Shown: positions 1-9,093 of the stretch, one piece after another
Layout: each line of letters starts with the position of its first letter
Position numbering within the stretch: position 1 is the first letter of the stretch
From: Polyangiaceae bacterium
GTDB lineage: Bacteria; Myxococcota_A; Polyangia; Polyangiales; Polyangiaceae
NCBI GenBank assembly: GCA_044376115.1
Contig: JBILLK010000018.1
Span: forward strand, 1-64,000
Direction: 5' to 3'
DNA: 64,000 bases
Program-made: the position numbers and the translations under genes
The notes under the pieces: generated by a model
What the model saw: the letters and a program-made list of their open reading frames with translations, nothing else
What the model was told of the DNA's origin: nothing
Database searches by the model: none

Positions 1-112
1 TCGACTGAACCTTCACCAGTGAAGCCGTCAGCGTCGTCTTTCCGTGGTCGATGTGACCGATCGTTCCGACGTTCACGTGGGGCTTGGTGCGGTTGAATTT
101 CTCCTTGGCCAT
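1..112 (-). CDS. tuf: Elongation factor Tu, N-terminal part (truncated by window edge)
   Basis: Reverse strand from ATG at 112 reads [30 protein letters not shown] (EF-Tu G1 motif). AGGAG RBS lies upstream, directly after four tRNAs. Confidence 0.97.
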   Translation of the reverse strand, partial: MAKEKFNRTKPHVNVGTIGHIDHGKTTLTASLVKVQS

Positions 113-199
113 CGCGATCTCTCCTGAATCTTTTTGGGCGGTCTAAACGAGAACGATTGTTCGGAGTCAAATTCCCTCGGCCGTAGCCTCGTGAATTTC

Positions 200-275
200 T
201 GGAGCCCACCATCGGGATTGAACCGACGACCTCGTCCTTACCAAGGACGTGCTCTGCCAACTGAGCTAGGTGGGC
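200..275 (-). tRNA. tRNA-Thr(GGU)
   Basis: 76-nt cloverleaf, anticodon arm CGTCC-TT GGT AA-GGACG, GTTCAA T-loop, encoded CCA. Confidence 0.96.
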
Positions 276-277
276 GT

Positions 278-353
278 TGGAGCGGGTGACCGGGTTCGAA
301 CCGGCGACGTTCAGCTTGGAAGGCTGACGCTCTACCAACTGAGCTACACCCGC
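278..353 (-). tRNA. tRNA-Gly(UCC)
   Basis: 76 nt, starts GCGGGTGTAGCTCAG, anticodon arm CAGC-CT TCC AA-GCTG, GTTCGAA T-loop, encoded CCA. Confidence 0.96.
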
Positions 354-458
354 AAAGCAATCGCATCTGTCTTGCGATTCACACGTTCACGTTTGGATCG
401 TGAACTTCAGCCACTGACCGAGACCCGTATCAACCGTGACGTACTGACTTCGTCGCGG

Positions 459-543
<85 letters not shown>

Positions 544-644
544 GGAGGTTTCTGATGCTCAACTTCGTTGAGCGTCTCGGTTCTCGGTGGCCGCGTTGCT
601 TTGGTTGGGTACTTTTCTTCTTCCTCCTTTCTTTGGCTGGTTAG

Positions 645-717
645 AGCTGACGAGGGGACTTGAACCCCTAACCCCCTGCTTACAAGGCAGGTGCTCTACC
701 AGTTGAGCTACGTCAGC
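645..717 (-). tRNA. tRNA-Thr(UGU), CCA not encoded
   Basis: GCTGACG/CGTCAGC acceptor stem, anticodon arm CCTGC-CT TGT AA-GCAGG. The discriminator is followed by CTA, not CCA. The order Thr(UGU)-Tyr-Gly-Thr(GGU)-tuf matches the E. coli thrU-tyrU-glyT-thrT-tufB operon. Confidence 0.95.
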
Positions 718-936
718 GAATGACGACGGGCCTTTGGACCGAAACTTTCCGGCCGTCAACGCTGTACATTTGTCAGGCTAGCCTTCATGCACTTTCTTAG
801 CCAATTCCCCTCAGGTTTCCTCCGCTTCCGTCGCAGTGACGCTGTCCGCGGGGGACCCTGACGTGGGTTCCGCAAACGGTTGCCTGCGGGACCCGCCAAC
901 GCCAACGTAGAGACACGTTTGGCGTAGGGGATGCGC

Positions 937-965
937 CTTCTAGCCCTAGGCAAAGAGCATGTCAA
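937..965 (-). promoter_or_regulatory. Putative sigma70 promoter of the tRNA-tuf operon
   Basis: Minus strand TTGACA (965-960), 17-nt spacer, TAGAAG (942-937), then a GC-rich GCGC discriminator typical of stable-RNA promoters. Confidence 0.6.
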
Positions 966-1120
966 GGTGACTTGGCCTTTATCTTGCTCAAGTGCAACTT
1001 GAGCGCTCATTTCTGCGGTTTGAACGTCGTTGCTCGCCGCTTTCGCCACGTCCCTGTATCGTGCTACGCGCCGCGGGGGCACAACCTCGCACTACGTTGC
1101 CCACGAAAGAATACGCGCCC

Positions 1121-2875
1121 ATGGAGTGTCTCGCTTGCCATACACCGAACGTTGACGGAGCCCGTTTTTGCGCGAAGTGTGGAGCTCCGTTACCCGTTCA
1201 AAAGTCGGCAGACGCCGACCCTCTGATTGGTCAGACGATCGGCGGTCGATACCGCATCGTTGGGGTGTTGGGTGAGGGCGGAATGGGCCGCGTCTACACA
1301 TCCGAGCAACAGATGGGAACGAGCGTTCGGAAGGTCGCCGTCAAGACGCTTCTGTCGCAGTTCGCGAAAGACCCGCAGACTGTTGCGCGCTTCATGCGCG
1401 AGGTCGGGACGGTGTCCGAGCTCGAGCACCCAAACACCATCAAAGTTTACGACTTCGGCCAGATTGAAGGCTCGGGCGATTTGTACATCGCGATGGAGTT
1501 GCTCCAAGGCATCTCCTTGGATGACGTCGTGAATAGCGGACAGCCAATACCGCCAGAACGAGTCGATCGGATTTTGGGCCAAGTGTGTGGGTCACTGCAG
1601 GAAGCGCACGACAAGGGCATCGTTCACCGCGATCTCAAGCCGGCAAATATTTTTCTGACAACACGCGCTGGCGAGGAGGACGTCGTCAAGGTCCTCGATT
1701 TTGGCATCGCGAAGCGCGGGTCGAAGGACTCGAAGCACGAGCAAAAATTGACTCAGCAGGGGACGATTCTTGGAACGCCGCCCTACATGAGCCCGGAGCA
1801 GTTCACCGGCAAAGAGTTGGATGCTCGAAGCGACATCTATTCCCTCGGGGTCGTCGCCTACGAAATGCTGACAGCACGTTTGCCTTTCGAGGCGGAGACG
1901 CCGTGGCAGTGGATGACTCAGCACATGAGCGTTCAGCCGTTTCCCTTCGAGACGATGCCGCTCGGTGCAAACATCCCACCGAAGATGCGCAATGCGGTTA
2001 TGCGAGCGCTATCGAAAGACACAGCACATCGACCGCAGACTGCCCGCGAATTTTTTGAAGAACTCACCCTGGGGGGAAGTCGATTGAGCGCCGTTGGGCT
2101 GAGTCCGGGAGGTGTATCGAGCATGCCTACCGGCGCGCAGTACAGCAGCGGCACGCAGTCGTTTCCGCTCACTAATCAGGGCGCACGTGGCGGGGCTACG
2201 CAGATGGGCGAGCCGCTCATTCCTGATGGCTATCATGGTGGTGGACCTGCGGCTCCGCAGCGAACGCTCATGGGCGAGCCAACAGCACCGTCGGCGCAAG
2301 CACAAGCATACGCACCGCCGATGCCGATGGCCGCTGCACCTGCAAAGAGCGGCGGCAGTGGGCTCATCATCGGATTGATCGTTGCCTTCCTGGTGATTGC
2401 GGGCGGAGCAGCCGCTTACTTCATGGTCGTGAAGAAGCCGGACGACCAGGTCGATCCGATCGCGCTCAAGTCAAACACCGCTGCCGCCGACAAGGACGAC
2501 GATGACGATGGCGACAAGAAGCCTGCCCCGCCGACGGCGTCGACGAGTGCGGCTGCACCGCCCCCAACGTCCGAACCGTCAGCCACCGCTGACGCAGGCC
2601 CCAGTGCGAGCGCGGATGCGGGCCCCAGCGCAACCCCCGATGCGGGGCCAACCGCCGAACCCACAACCGACAAGCCAGACGCAGGACCCACGGCCACACA
2701 GACCAGCACCGTGAAGCGGCCTCAGCCCGGCATCGACGCCTGTTGTCAACGCTACCGAAAGGACGCGACCAAGCGAACGCTTTGTGCAGGGATGAACCAG
2801 CGAATCAAGTCTGGATCGGTGGACCGAACGGCGGCGCTCGGCACCTTGCGTGGGCAAGGCATCAACTGCAACTGA
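1121..2875 (+). CDS. Membrane Ser/Thr protein kinase with N-terminal zinc ribbon
   Basis: CxxC...CxxC at the N-terminus; GEGGMG, VAVK, HRDLKPAN, DFG, GTPPYMSPE; one TM helix; Pro/Ala/Thr-rich linker; small 4-Cys C-terminal domain. Confidence 0.93.
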   Translation: MECLACHTPNVDGARFCAKCGAPLPVQKSADADPLIGQTIGGRYRIVGVLGEGGMGRVYTSEQQMGTSVRKVAVKTLLSQFAKDPQTVARFMREVGTVSELEHPNTIKVYDFGQIEGSGDLYIAMELLQGISLDDVVNSGQPIPPERVDRILGQVCGSLQEAHDKGIVHRDLKPANIFLTTRAGEEDVVKVLDFGIAKRGSKDSKHEQKLTQQGTILGTPPYMSPEQFTGKELDARSDIYSLGVVAYEMLTARLPFEAETPWQWMTQHMSVQPFPFETMPLGANIPPKMRNAVMRALSKDTAHRPQTAREFFEELTLGGSRLSAVGLSPGGVSSMPTGAQYSSGTQSFPLTNQGARGGATQMGEPLIPDGYHGGGPAAPQRTLMGEPTAPSAQAQAYAPPMPMAAAPAKSGGSGLIIGLIVAFLVIAGGAAAYFMVVKKPDDQVDPIALKSNTAAADKDDDDDGDKKPAPPTASTSAAAPPPTSEPSATADAGPSASADAGPSATPDAGPTAEPTTDKPDAGPTATQTSTVKRPQPGIDACCQRYRKDATKRTLCAGMNQRIKSGSVDRTAALGTLRGQGINCN

Positions 2876-2908
2876 GATGAAACGCTGACCTAGCGCTGCC
2901 GCGCTGGG

Positions 2909-4270
2909 TCAGCGGACGATCGGCTTGATCAGCGTCTTTCCGTCTTTGACCACCACTTCGTAGTCAACGCGCTTTGCTGCGTGCTTCTCGCGAAGCTTGT
3001 CGGCCTGGGTGCGAAGACTATCCGCGAGCTTCTCGAAGGTGATGCCGGCGGTCGACTCGTTGCGATCGCGGCGCGATTGAACGTACTGCGAATAGATCTC
3101 TCGCAGCCGATCCCCGGACAGGTCCTCAGCCGGTCGAGCGGGTTGTCTCACGGCTGGTTTGGAAGCAGCTGGCCCCTGAGGGCGAGAAGCCTGGACGTGC
3201 GGCAGCGGCTCTCGCGTTCCCGTCTGCGGTACGAACGGCGGTAGCGGCTCTCGCGTTCCCGTCTGCGGTACGAACGGCGGTAGCGGCTCTCGCGTTCCCG
3301 TCTGCGGTACGAACGGCGGTAACGGCTCTCGCGTTCCCGTCTGCGGTACGAACGGCGGTAGCGGCTCTCGCGTTCCCGTCTGCGGTACGAACGGCGGTAG
3401 CGGCTCCCGCGTTCCCCCACCTAGAGGTGGTTCTCCTCCAGCGGCTTCCGGGGCAAGCGAGTTTGCAATACGGTTCAGCGCCTCGCTGTTGGCTTTTCGT
3501 GCGGGATTTCCGCCGCCGAGACGTAACCCGCCTTTGGCGCGCGCTGCGCTCCCATCGCTCGTTGCATTCAGACTCGAGATTTCAGCAGGCGGAACGGCAG
3601 GCTCAGGAGTCGCGAGCTTAGGCGGCTGACGCATGTTTCCAAAGAAACCGGTAGAGCCGCGAAGCTGAGGCCGTGGCGGTTCTTGCGCTGCAGGCGACGC
3701 TAGATCGCCAGGGACGCCCTGCGCTGGAGAGCTGAGATCGATCGCCTCTGCGCGAGGTGCGCCGTTTAGCGGAGGGGGGGTAGGCGCTTCGTCGTCAATA
3801 TCATCGTCCTCGACGATATCGTCGTCGGCGACCTCCTCGTAGTCCTCGCCGTTGAGCTCACGCATGCGCTTCTTGCGAGCGTCGTCGCGCGCGACTTGGG
3901 CCTCGAGCCCCTTTGCCAGACGCTCCGCACGTTTGCGGCCAACGGCGGTGAGCGCATCGTCAACGCCGAATCGTGCGGCTGCTCTCGCGAGATCACGCTT
4001 GAAGGTGCCGTTTTCAATCTCACGAAGGATGCGTCCCCAGTGCTGTTGCAGCGTGTTGTAACGCTGAATCATCGTTTGAAACTTGAAGCGCGTCGCCGTG
4101 TTCCGGATCTGCTCCTTCCGCAGCGCAGCAATGCGGCGATCGAGGTCCTTGCGTGGGACCTGAGGCTCAACTTTTTCGATGCCGCAAAAGTACTGCTCGT
4201 AGAGCGCGCGCACGCGATCGAGCCGCTCCTCGATCTCGCCAAGGTTCTTTTCGAGTTCGCGAGCGTCCAT
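2909..4270 (-). CDS. MXAN_5187 C-terminal-domain-like protein with Pro-rich tandem repeats
   Basis: N-terminal helical domain (LYEQYFCGIEK), acidic/Pro-rich middle, and C-terminal IYSQYVQSRR...FEKLADSLR...YEVVVKDGKTLIKP resembling the myxobacterial MXAN_5187-C family. Confidence 0.75.
   Translation of the reverse strand: MDARELEKNLGEIEERLDRVRALYEQYFCGIEKVEPQVPRKDLDRRIAALRKEQIRNTATRFKFQTMIQRYNTLQQHWGRILREIENGTFKRDLARAAARFGVDDALTAVGRKRAERLAKGLEAQVARDDARKKRMRELNGEDYEEVADDDIVEDDDIDDEAPTPPPLNGAPRAEAIDLSSPAQGVPGDLASPAAQEPPRPQLRGSTGFFGNMRQPPKLATPEPAVPPAEISSLNATSDGSAARAKGGLRLGGGNPARKANSEALNRIANSLAPEAAGGEPPLGGGTREPLPPFVPQTGTREPLPPFVPQTGTREPLPPFVPQTGTREPLPPFVPQTGTREPLPPFVPQTGTREPLPHVQASRPQGPAASKPAVRQPARPAEDLSGDRLREIYSQYVQSRRDRNESTAGITFEKLADSLRTQADKLREKHAAKRVDYEVVVKDGKTLIKPIVR
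3204..3416. repeat. 39-bp tandem repeat (5 full copies plus a partial) encoding GTREPLPPFVPQT
   Basis: Unit gcggctctcgcgttcccgtctgcggtacgaacggcggta at 3205, 3244, 3283, 3322 (one mismatch), 3361, and partial at 3400. Confidence 0.97.
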
Positions 4271-5028
4271 CAGAAAGCGGCTATCTCGAGGTTGTCAAAA
4301 CACACAGGGGCAACCCAGTTATTGAAACCAAAGTAGGCGTGAGCGTCGCCTAGCAGCGGCGCCCCGTCACGATACTCCATGAGCAGCGCTCCGTTCACTG
4401 TCCACGTAATTCTATCGATAGAACGTCGCTCGAAAACCAGATGATACGGCTGTTCCTGCGCAAGCGGGCGCTTTCTGGGGTCCTCAGCGGAGGGTTCGAG
4501 TCGCAGCAGCTGGCGGTCCTTTCCGTGCTCGTCGAGACGAGCAAACACGTGAAGACTGTTGTCCCACCCACCCAACACGGCAACGTACCCGCTCGCGTCT
4601 GTGTAGGACTCGCCTGCAGCCGAACTCTTTCCATCACCGAATAGCTCCACCTTGATGTCGCCGGAACTGGAGCGCGCGACCGCGTCAAATTCAATTCGTA
4701 CGAGTCGCGGCAGCGGATGTTTGAGCCAGACCCCCTGGTTCTTCGCCCCCTCCGCGCAAAGCGCGCCGTTTTCGAGGACGAAGCCCTCGCCCGTCACGAC
4801 ATAGTCGGGTCCGATCGCAGCGCGCTCGAAGCGATCCGTAAACCGTGAGACGGCTTTCAGCTCCCCGTCTTCGCTGGTTGATTCCGCCGCAGAATCGATG
4901 GTTGGGGGACCTTCCGGTACGCATGCAGCGACACTCATCAGCGATGCAAACGCCCTCACGCGGTGGATGGTACTTCGCCTCAGAGCTTGCTGCCCCGTGA
5001 AACGGCAAGCTATGGGGAGGCGGTGCAC
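4270..5028 (-). CDS. Putative lipoprotein with ConA-like/beta-sandwich domain (start uncertain, probably downstream of 5028)
   Basis: VAAC lipobox-like motif; FTDRFER...FGFNNW...FDNLEI pattern typical of lectin/glucanase beta-sandwich domains; TGATG overlap with the next gene. Confidence 0.6.
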   Translation of the reverse strand: MHRLPIACRFTGQQALRRSTIHRVRAFASLMSVAACVPEGPPTIDSAAESTSEDGELKAVSRFTDRFERAAIGPDYVVTGEGFVLENGALCAEGAKNQGVWLKHPLPRLVRIEFDAVARSSSGDIKVELFGDGKSSAAGESYTDASGYVAVLGGWDNSLHVFARLDEHGKDRQLLRLEPSAEDPRKRPLAQEQPYHLVFERRSIDRITWTVNGALLMEYRDGAPLLGDAHAYFGFNNWVAPVCFDNLEIAAF

Positions 5029-6276
5029 CCGATCCTTTTCAAGCTGCCCTTCGGCGGAGGCTTTCCCGTCTACAGCTACGGCGTAATGCTTGGGCTTTCC
5101 TTCGTGGTGGGCTGGTACCTGACGCTTGGACTAGCCAAGCGCGACGGCCTGCCGCGAGAGCCGCTCGCCAACTGTTACGTGCTCACGGCGGTCGCTGCGG
5201 TCGTGGGCGCACGACTTTTGTATGTCGCCACCAACCCGGCGGACTTCGATTCGCTGGGGAAGGTGTTTGAGTTTCGGTCCGGCGGAATGGTCGCCTACGG
5301 CGGCTTCCTCGGTGGTTTCGTCGGAAGTTTCGCGTATCTACGCTGGAAGGGCCTGCCGCTGATTCCGTGGGCAGACGTAGCCGTGCCGAGCCTCGCCTCA
5401 GGCCTACTGATCACGCGAATCGGCTGCTACCTGTTCGGCTGCGACTTCGGTAGGCCGCTGCAGGCCGATGCACCGCGCTGGCTGCAAAGGTTGGGCGAAT
5501 TTCCGCGCTGGCCAGACGACGTCCTCAACGGGGCGGGCTCGCCCGCATTTTATCAACACGTCGATGGGCTCGGTCTCGATCCGACCGCGACGCACTCTCT
5601 GCCTGTCCATCCAACGCAACTTTACGAAGCAGCCACAGGGCTGGGTTTGCTCGTTGTGCTGCTTTTGCTCAGGCGTCGCCAGCTGTTCCGGGGCCAACTC
5701 TTTCTAAGCTTTACGTTCCTGTACGGAGTCGCACGCTTCCTGCTCGAGTTTCTACGCGACGACGCCGAGCGCGGAGAAGTCCCACCCAACCTTCCGGGGC
5801 AGTGGCTCTACAGCTTGGCGTTCCTTGCGTTCGGGCTTGCATTCGCCTTCGGCTTGGCGCGGCTCGCGAAGCCAGGACCAACGAGGCTTGGACTTCAAGC
5901 GCTCGGGCTCATCCCTGCCGTCTACTACTTCTTGAGTCACCAACCTGAGCCGTTCGCCACAGTAGCGAAAGTGTCCCTCTCAACGTCACAAAGCGTTGGT
6001 CTGCTCACTGCTGTTGGCGCAATGCTCGCGTTCGGTTTGTTCCACAAAGCAGCGCTCGCAAATCCACGTAGCGCGATGGCGTTGCCTGACTTCGCCCAAT
6101 TTGAAGAACCTGAAATCCCAGCGGCCGGTGCGCCCGCCCGAGCTGACGAGAAAGACGTAGCTTCGTCTGAGCCTGTGGAGGATGCGGAGGCCGAAGAGGT
6201 CGCAAGTGACCGTCCGGAACTCGAAGCTGCGCCAAAGCGTCGTACCAAGCGAAAGAAGAAACGGTCACTCGACTAG
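5023..6276 (+). CDS. lgt: Prolipoprotein diacylglyceryl transferase
   Basis: GTG start (MHPILF) after GGGGAGG; YSYGVM, GARLLYV, GGMVAYGG, RIGCYLFGC, HPTQLYE, RFLLEFLR motifs. Confidence 0.92.
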   Translation: MHPILFKLPFGGGFPVYSYGVMLGLSFVVGWYLTLGLAKRDGLPREPLANCYVLTAVAAVVGARLLYVATNPADFDSLGKVFEFRSGGMVAYGGFLGGFVGSFAYLRWKGLPLIPWADVAVPSLASGLLITRIGCYLFGCDFGRPLQADAPRWLQRLGEFPRWPDDVLNGAGSPAFYQHVDGLGLDPTATHSLPVHPTQLYEAATGLGLLVVLLLLRRRQLFRGQLFLSFTFLYGVARFLLEFLRDDAERGEVPPNLPGQWLYSLAFLAFGLAFAFGLARLAKPGPTRLGLQALGLIPAVYYFLSHQPEPFATVAKVSLSTSQSVGLLTAVGAMLAFGLFHKAALANPRSAMALPDFAQFEEPEIPAAGAPARADEKDVASSEPVEDAEAEEVASDRPELEAAPKRRTKRKKKRSLD

Positions 6277-6309
6277 CGTTTGGACCAGCTTCGGCAGTAG
6301 CCTCGTGTC

Positions 6310-7833
6310 GTGAGCGAGGTCCCTTGGCTCGGCCGTTTGATTGCTAGCCGCTATCGGCTAATCGCCAGGCTCGGCGAAGGTAAGATGGCCGAGGTTTACC
6401 TTGCGCGCCACGTACTGATCGATCGGCTCAGTGCGATCAAAGTGCTGCGTCGCGAATGGGGCGGTGACCGCACCTTGCGACGCGCGTTCTTGCGCGAGGC
6501 GAAGGCGGTAAACCGCATCAATCATCCTAATATCGTCGAGATTTCGGACTACGGCGAGACAGAGGAAACCGCTTACCTGGTGATGGAGTACGTGCCAGGC
6601 GAGAGCCTGAGCCGACATCTCGCTCGAGCCCCGCTGGGCTGGGAGCGTGCTTGCAAGCTAGCGCGCCAGGTTGGACTGGCCCTTACCCGTGCGCACGAGA
6701 TGGGCGTCATCCACCGTGATATCCAACCTCGCAACGTTCTCCTGGTGCCAGGGCGCGGCGGCGATGATGTGGTCAAGCTGACCGACTTCGGCGTCGCAAA
6801 GCTGCTCGACCCCAACACGGAGCCTCGTCCCACCACCGGCGGCTTCGTCACCGAACGACTAACCCCGGAGTACATGGCGCCAGAGATGCGGCGAGGTGCG
6901 GTTGACGCTCGGGGCGATATCTTTTCGCTCGGGGTGTTGGCGTATGAGGCAACCTGCGGCGAGCTGCCCTTCCCTCCGGGAACGCTAGCAGAGCACGGGC
7001 CCGCTCCCATTTCGCTGCGGCAGCGATCAGCAGAGGTCCCCGCCGAATTCGCACAGTTGGTCGCACAGCTTCTGTCCATCTCCCCAGAGGATCGTCCGCG
7101 GGACGCCTTCGAGGTCGTGGCCATGCTGAACCAGCTGCTCGACCATTCTGGCGCTGAGGGAGAGGCCGACCCTCCCACCGAACGCATTCCGAAACCAGCT
7201 CCTGCGCCTTCGTTTGCCACGCTGCGTACGATTCCGTTCGACCGTATCGGGCCGCTCTCTCGGTCTTTCCACCAAGAGGTGCTGAGTGCCGAGGCTGCTC
7301 AGCCAGGCGTCTTGTCTACGAGCGATCTCGCGACGCTCGAGGAACTCGTCGAGATGATCGACAAACTCCACCTGTTGGTCACGGAGGACGCGAGGAAGTT
7401 GGCAGCACTTGAGGAGCGGGGCCGCGTGCTTCGAAAGGAGCTGGGCACGCGCCTCGATGAACTAGCGCGCGAGCGCTCTCGAGCCCTTGGCTGGGCGAGC
7501 ACCGCAGCCGAGCGCAGCGACCACGTTCGTGCCAAGCGCCTTTCGGGAGTCCTGAGCGTCGGCACGATGGACGCCCTGCTATGGGAGGAGGCAACGCTCG
7601 AGCATGAGGAGGACCGCTCGATCCAGCGCGCAGGCGAGTTGGAGTTCGAGTTCCGTGACCTCTCACAACGATTGGACGTGGCGAATGACGAGCTCGAACT
7701 GGAACAAACTTCGATGGAGGCGCAGTTCGAGGGGCATGTCGCGGCGCTACGCGCGCTGGCCGGCGAGGCGTGGCAGAGCCTTCAGGCGTCGGCTCACAAG
7801 CTGCGAGTGGTACTCCAGATAAGCCAAAGCTGA
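6310..7833 (+). CDS. Cytoplasmic Ser/Thr kinase with C-terminal coiled coil
   Basis: GEGKMAEV, AIK, HRDIQPRN, DFG, YMAPE; Glu/Leu/Arg-rich helical tail; no TM. Confidence 0.88.
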   Translation: MSEVPWLGRLIASRYRLIARLGEGKMAEVYLARHVLIDRLSAIKVLRREWGGDRTLRRAFLREAKAVNRINHPNIVEISDYGETEETAYLVMEYVPGESLSRHLARAPLGWERACKLARQVGLALTRAHEMGVIHRDIQPRNVLLVPGRGGDDVVKLTDFGVAKLLDPNTEPRPTTGGFVTERLTPEYMAPEMRRGAVDARGDIFSLGVLAYEATCGELPFPPGTLAEHGPAPISLRQRSAEVPAEFAQLVAQLLSISPEDRPRDAFEVVAMLNQLLDHSGAEGEADPPTERIPKPAPAPSFATLRTIPFDRIGPLSRSFHQEVLSAEAAQPGVLSTSDLATLEELVEMIDKLHLLVTEDARKLAALEERGRVLRKELGTRLDELARERSRALGWASTAAERSDHVRAKRLSGVLSVGTMDALLWEEATLEHEEDRSIQRAGELEFEFRDLSQRLDVANDELELEQTSMEAQFEGHVAALRALAGEAWQSLQASAHKLRVVLQISQS

Positions 7834-8001
7834 GCTTTTCGGTCGTGAGATTGTAACAGCAAAAACCTGCAAGCTCGCGAGGTCCTGGTGTAGGCTTCGC
7901 GAATCTTGCCCGGCGGGCACGGTTCGTATTCTGGCAGCGTCGTTGAACACAGCGGCGCATCTCTTCACGAGAGACACATGGGATTGGACGAAGGAGCTTC
8001 T

Positions 8002-9069
8002 ATGCGAAGGAACTGGACCCGGCTGCTCCGTGGTGGGGCGTTGGTCTGCGGCGTCGTCATTGCAATGACGGCTGGAACTGCGCACGCGCAAGGCAAGGGA
8101 GCACCCGCGCCCGCCCCGAAGGCTGAACCGGCCCCCAAGCCCAAGCCCGGAAAGATCCTGACGCCCAAGCAGAAGCAGGATGAGGCCAAGAAGCTATTTG
8201 GCGAGGGCAAGGCGAAGTACGACGCCGGCCAATACGCTGAGGCCTACGAGATCTTCAAGCAGGCCGATGAACTCGTGCCCGATCCGCCCGTGCCGAAGTA
8301 CAGCATGGCCCAATGCCTCGACAAGCAGGGCAAAACGGATGAAGCCATCAAGATGTATGAGGCCTTTCTCGCGGGCAAGACGCGCCCCGACAAGGACGCA
8401 GCCCGCATCACCGACGCAAACGCTCGAATTGCAGCGCTGAAGAGTGCTCCCGCGGACGTCAGCGTGATCGTGCTTCCTGCCGAGGCAGCAGGTGCTGCCC
8501 TGACTTTGGATGGCCAGCCTGCAACCAACCCGATCAAAGCAGCTCCCGGCAAGCACACGATTGGTGCGGTGCTCGAGGGTTTTGAGGACGGCAAAGCAGA
8601 GATTGAGGTAGCGCGGGGAGAGAAGAAGGAGGTCACGTTGACCCTGGTCGCCAAGCCCAAGGTCGCTACGGATCCGGAGCCCGGACCCACCCCGACTCCG
8701 ACCCCGGTCGAGAAGCCTGCACCGGCGGAGCCGTCTGGCGGCTCGTCGATCGTCCCTGCAGTGGTCACGCTGAGCCTCGCAGGTGCTGGAGTTGTCGTTG
8801 GCGGCATCTTCGGTGGACTCGCCCTCAAGTCGAAGGGTGACTACGAGGCTGGCCCGACCCAGGACCTACTTGATGAGACCGAGCGCAACGCCCTGATCGC
8901 TGACATGGCGTTTGGTGTCGGGCTCACCTTCGGAGTGACGGGCCTGGTCTTGCTACTGACCGATAGCGGTGAAGAAGCACCTGCGGCTGAGCCGAAGGCT
9001 GCCCGGGGATTCGTAGCGCCTTTCTTCACTCCGCACGGCGGCGGCGCAGCTGGCGTCGTCACCTTCTAG
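8002..9069 (+). CDS. Secreted TPR plus PEGA-like domain protein
   Basis: AAGGAG RBS; signal peptide ending AHA; TPR helices (AKKLFGEGKAKYDAGQYAEA); PEGA-like PGKHTI...EGF...V; hydrophobic hairpin; C-terminal GGGAAGVVTF. Confidence 0.8.
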   Translation: MRRNWTRLLRGGALVCGVVIAMTAGTAHAQGKGAPAPAPKAEPAPKPKPGKILTPKQKQDEAKKLFGEGKAKYDAGQYAEAYEIFKQADELVPDPPVPKYSMAQCLDKQGKTDEAIKMYEAFLAGKTRPDKDAARITDANARIAALKSAPADVSVIVLPAEAAGAALTLDGQPATNPIKAAPGKHTIGAVLEGFEDGKAEIEVARGEKKEVTLTLVAKPKVATDPEPGPTPTPTPVEKPAPAEPSGGSSIVPAVVTLSLAGAGVVVGGIFGGLALKSKGDYEAGPTQDLLDETERNALIADMAFGVGLTFGVTGLVLLLTDSGEEAPAAEPKAARGFVAPFFTPHGGGAAGVVTF

Positions 9070-9093
9070 CTTCAAGCTCTTTCAGAGGGATCC

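Noticed and set aside
718..2875. Genomic island or prophage integrated at the tRNA cluster
   Set aside because: No integrase, duplicated tRNA 3' end or phage gene is visible; flanking genes are typical chromosomal genes.
3204..3416. 39-bp repeats as a CRISPR array
   Set aside because: Units are directly adjacent with no unique spacers, are in-frame within a CDS, and no cas genes are present.
7932..7946. Sigma54-like TGGCAG-N5-TTGA upstream of the TPR/PEGA gene
   Set aside because: Lacks the conserved GC at -12; too weak to call.
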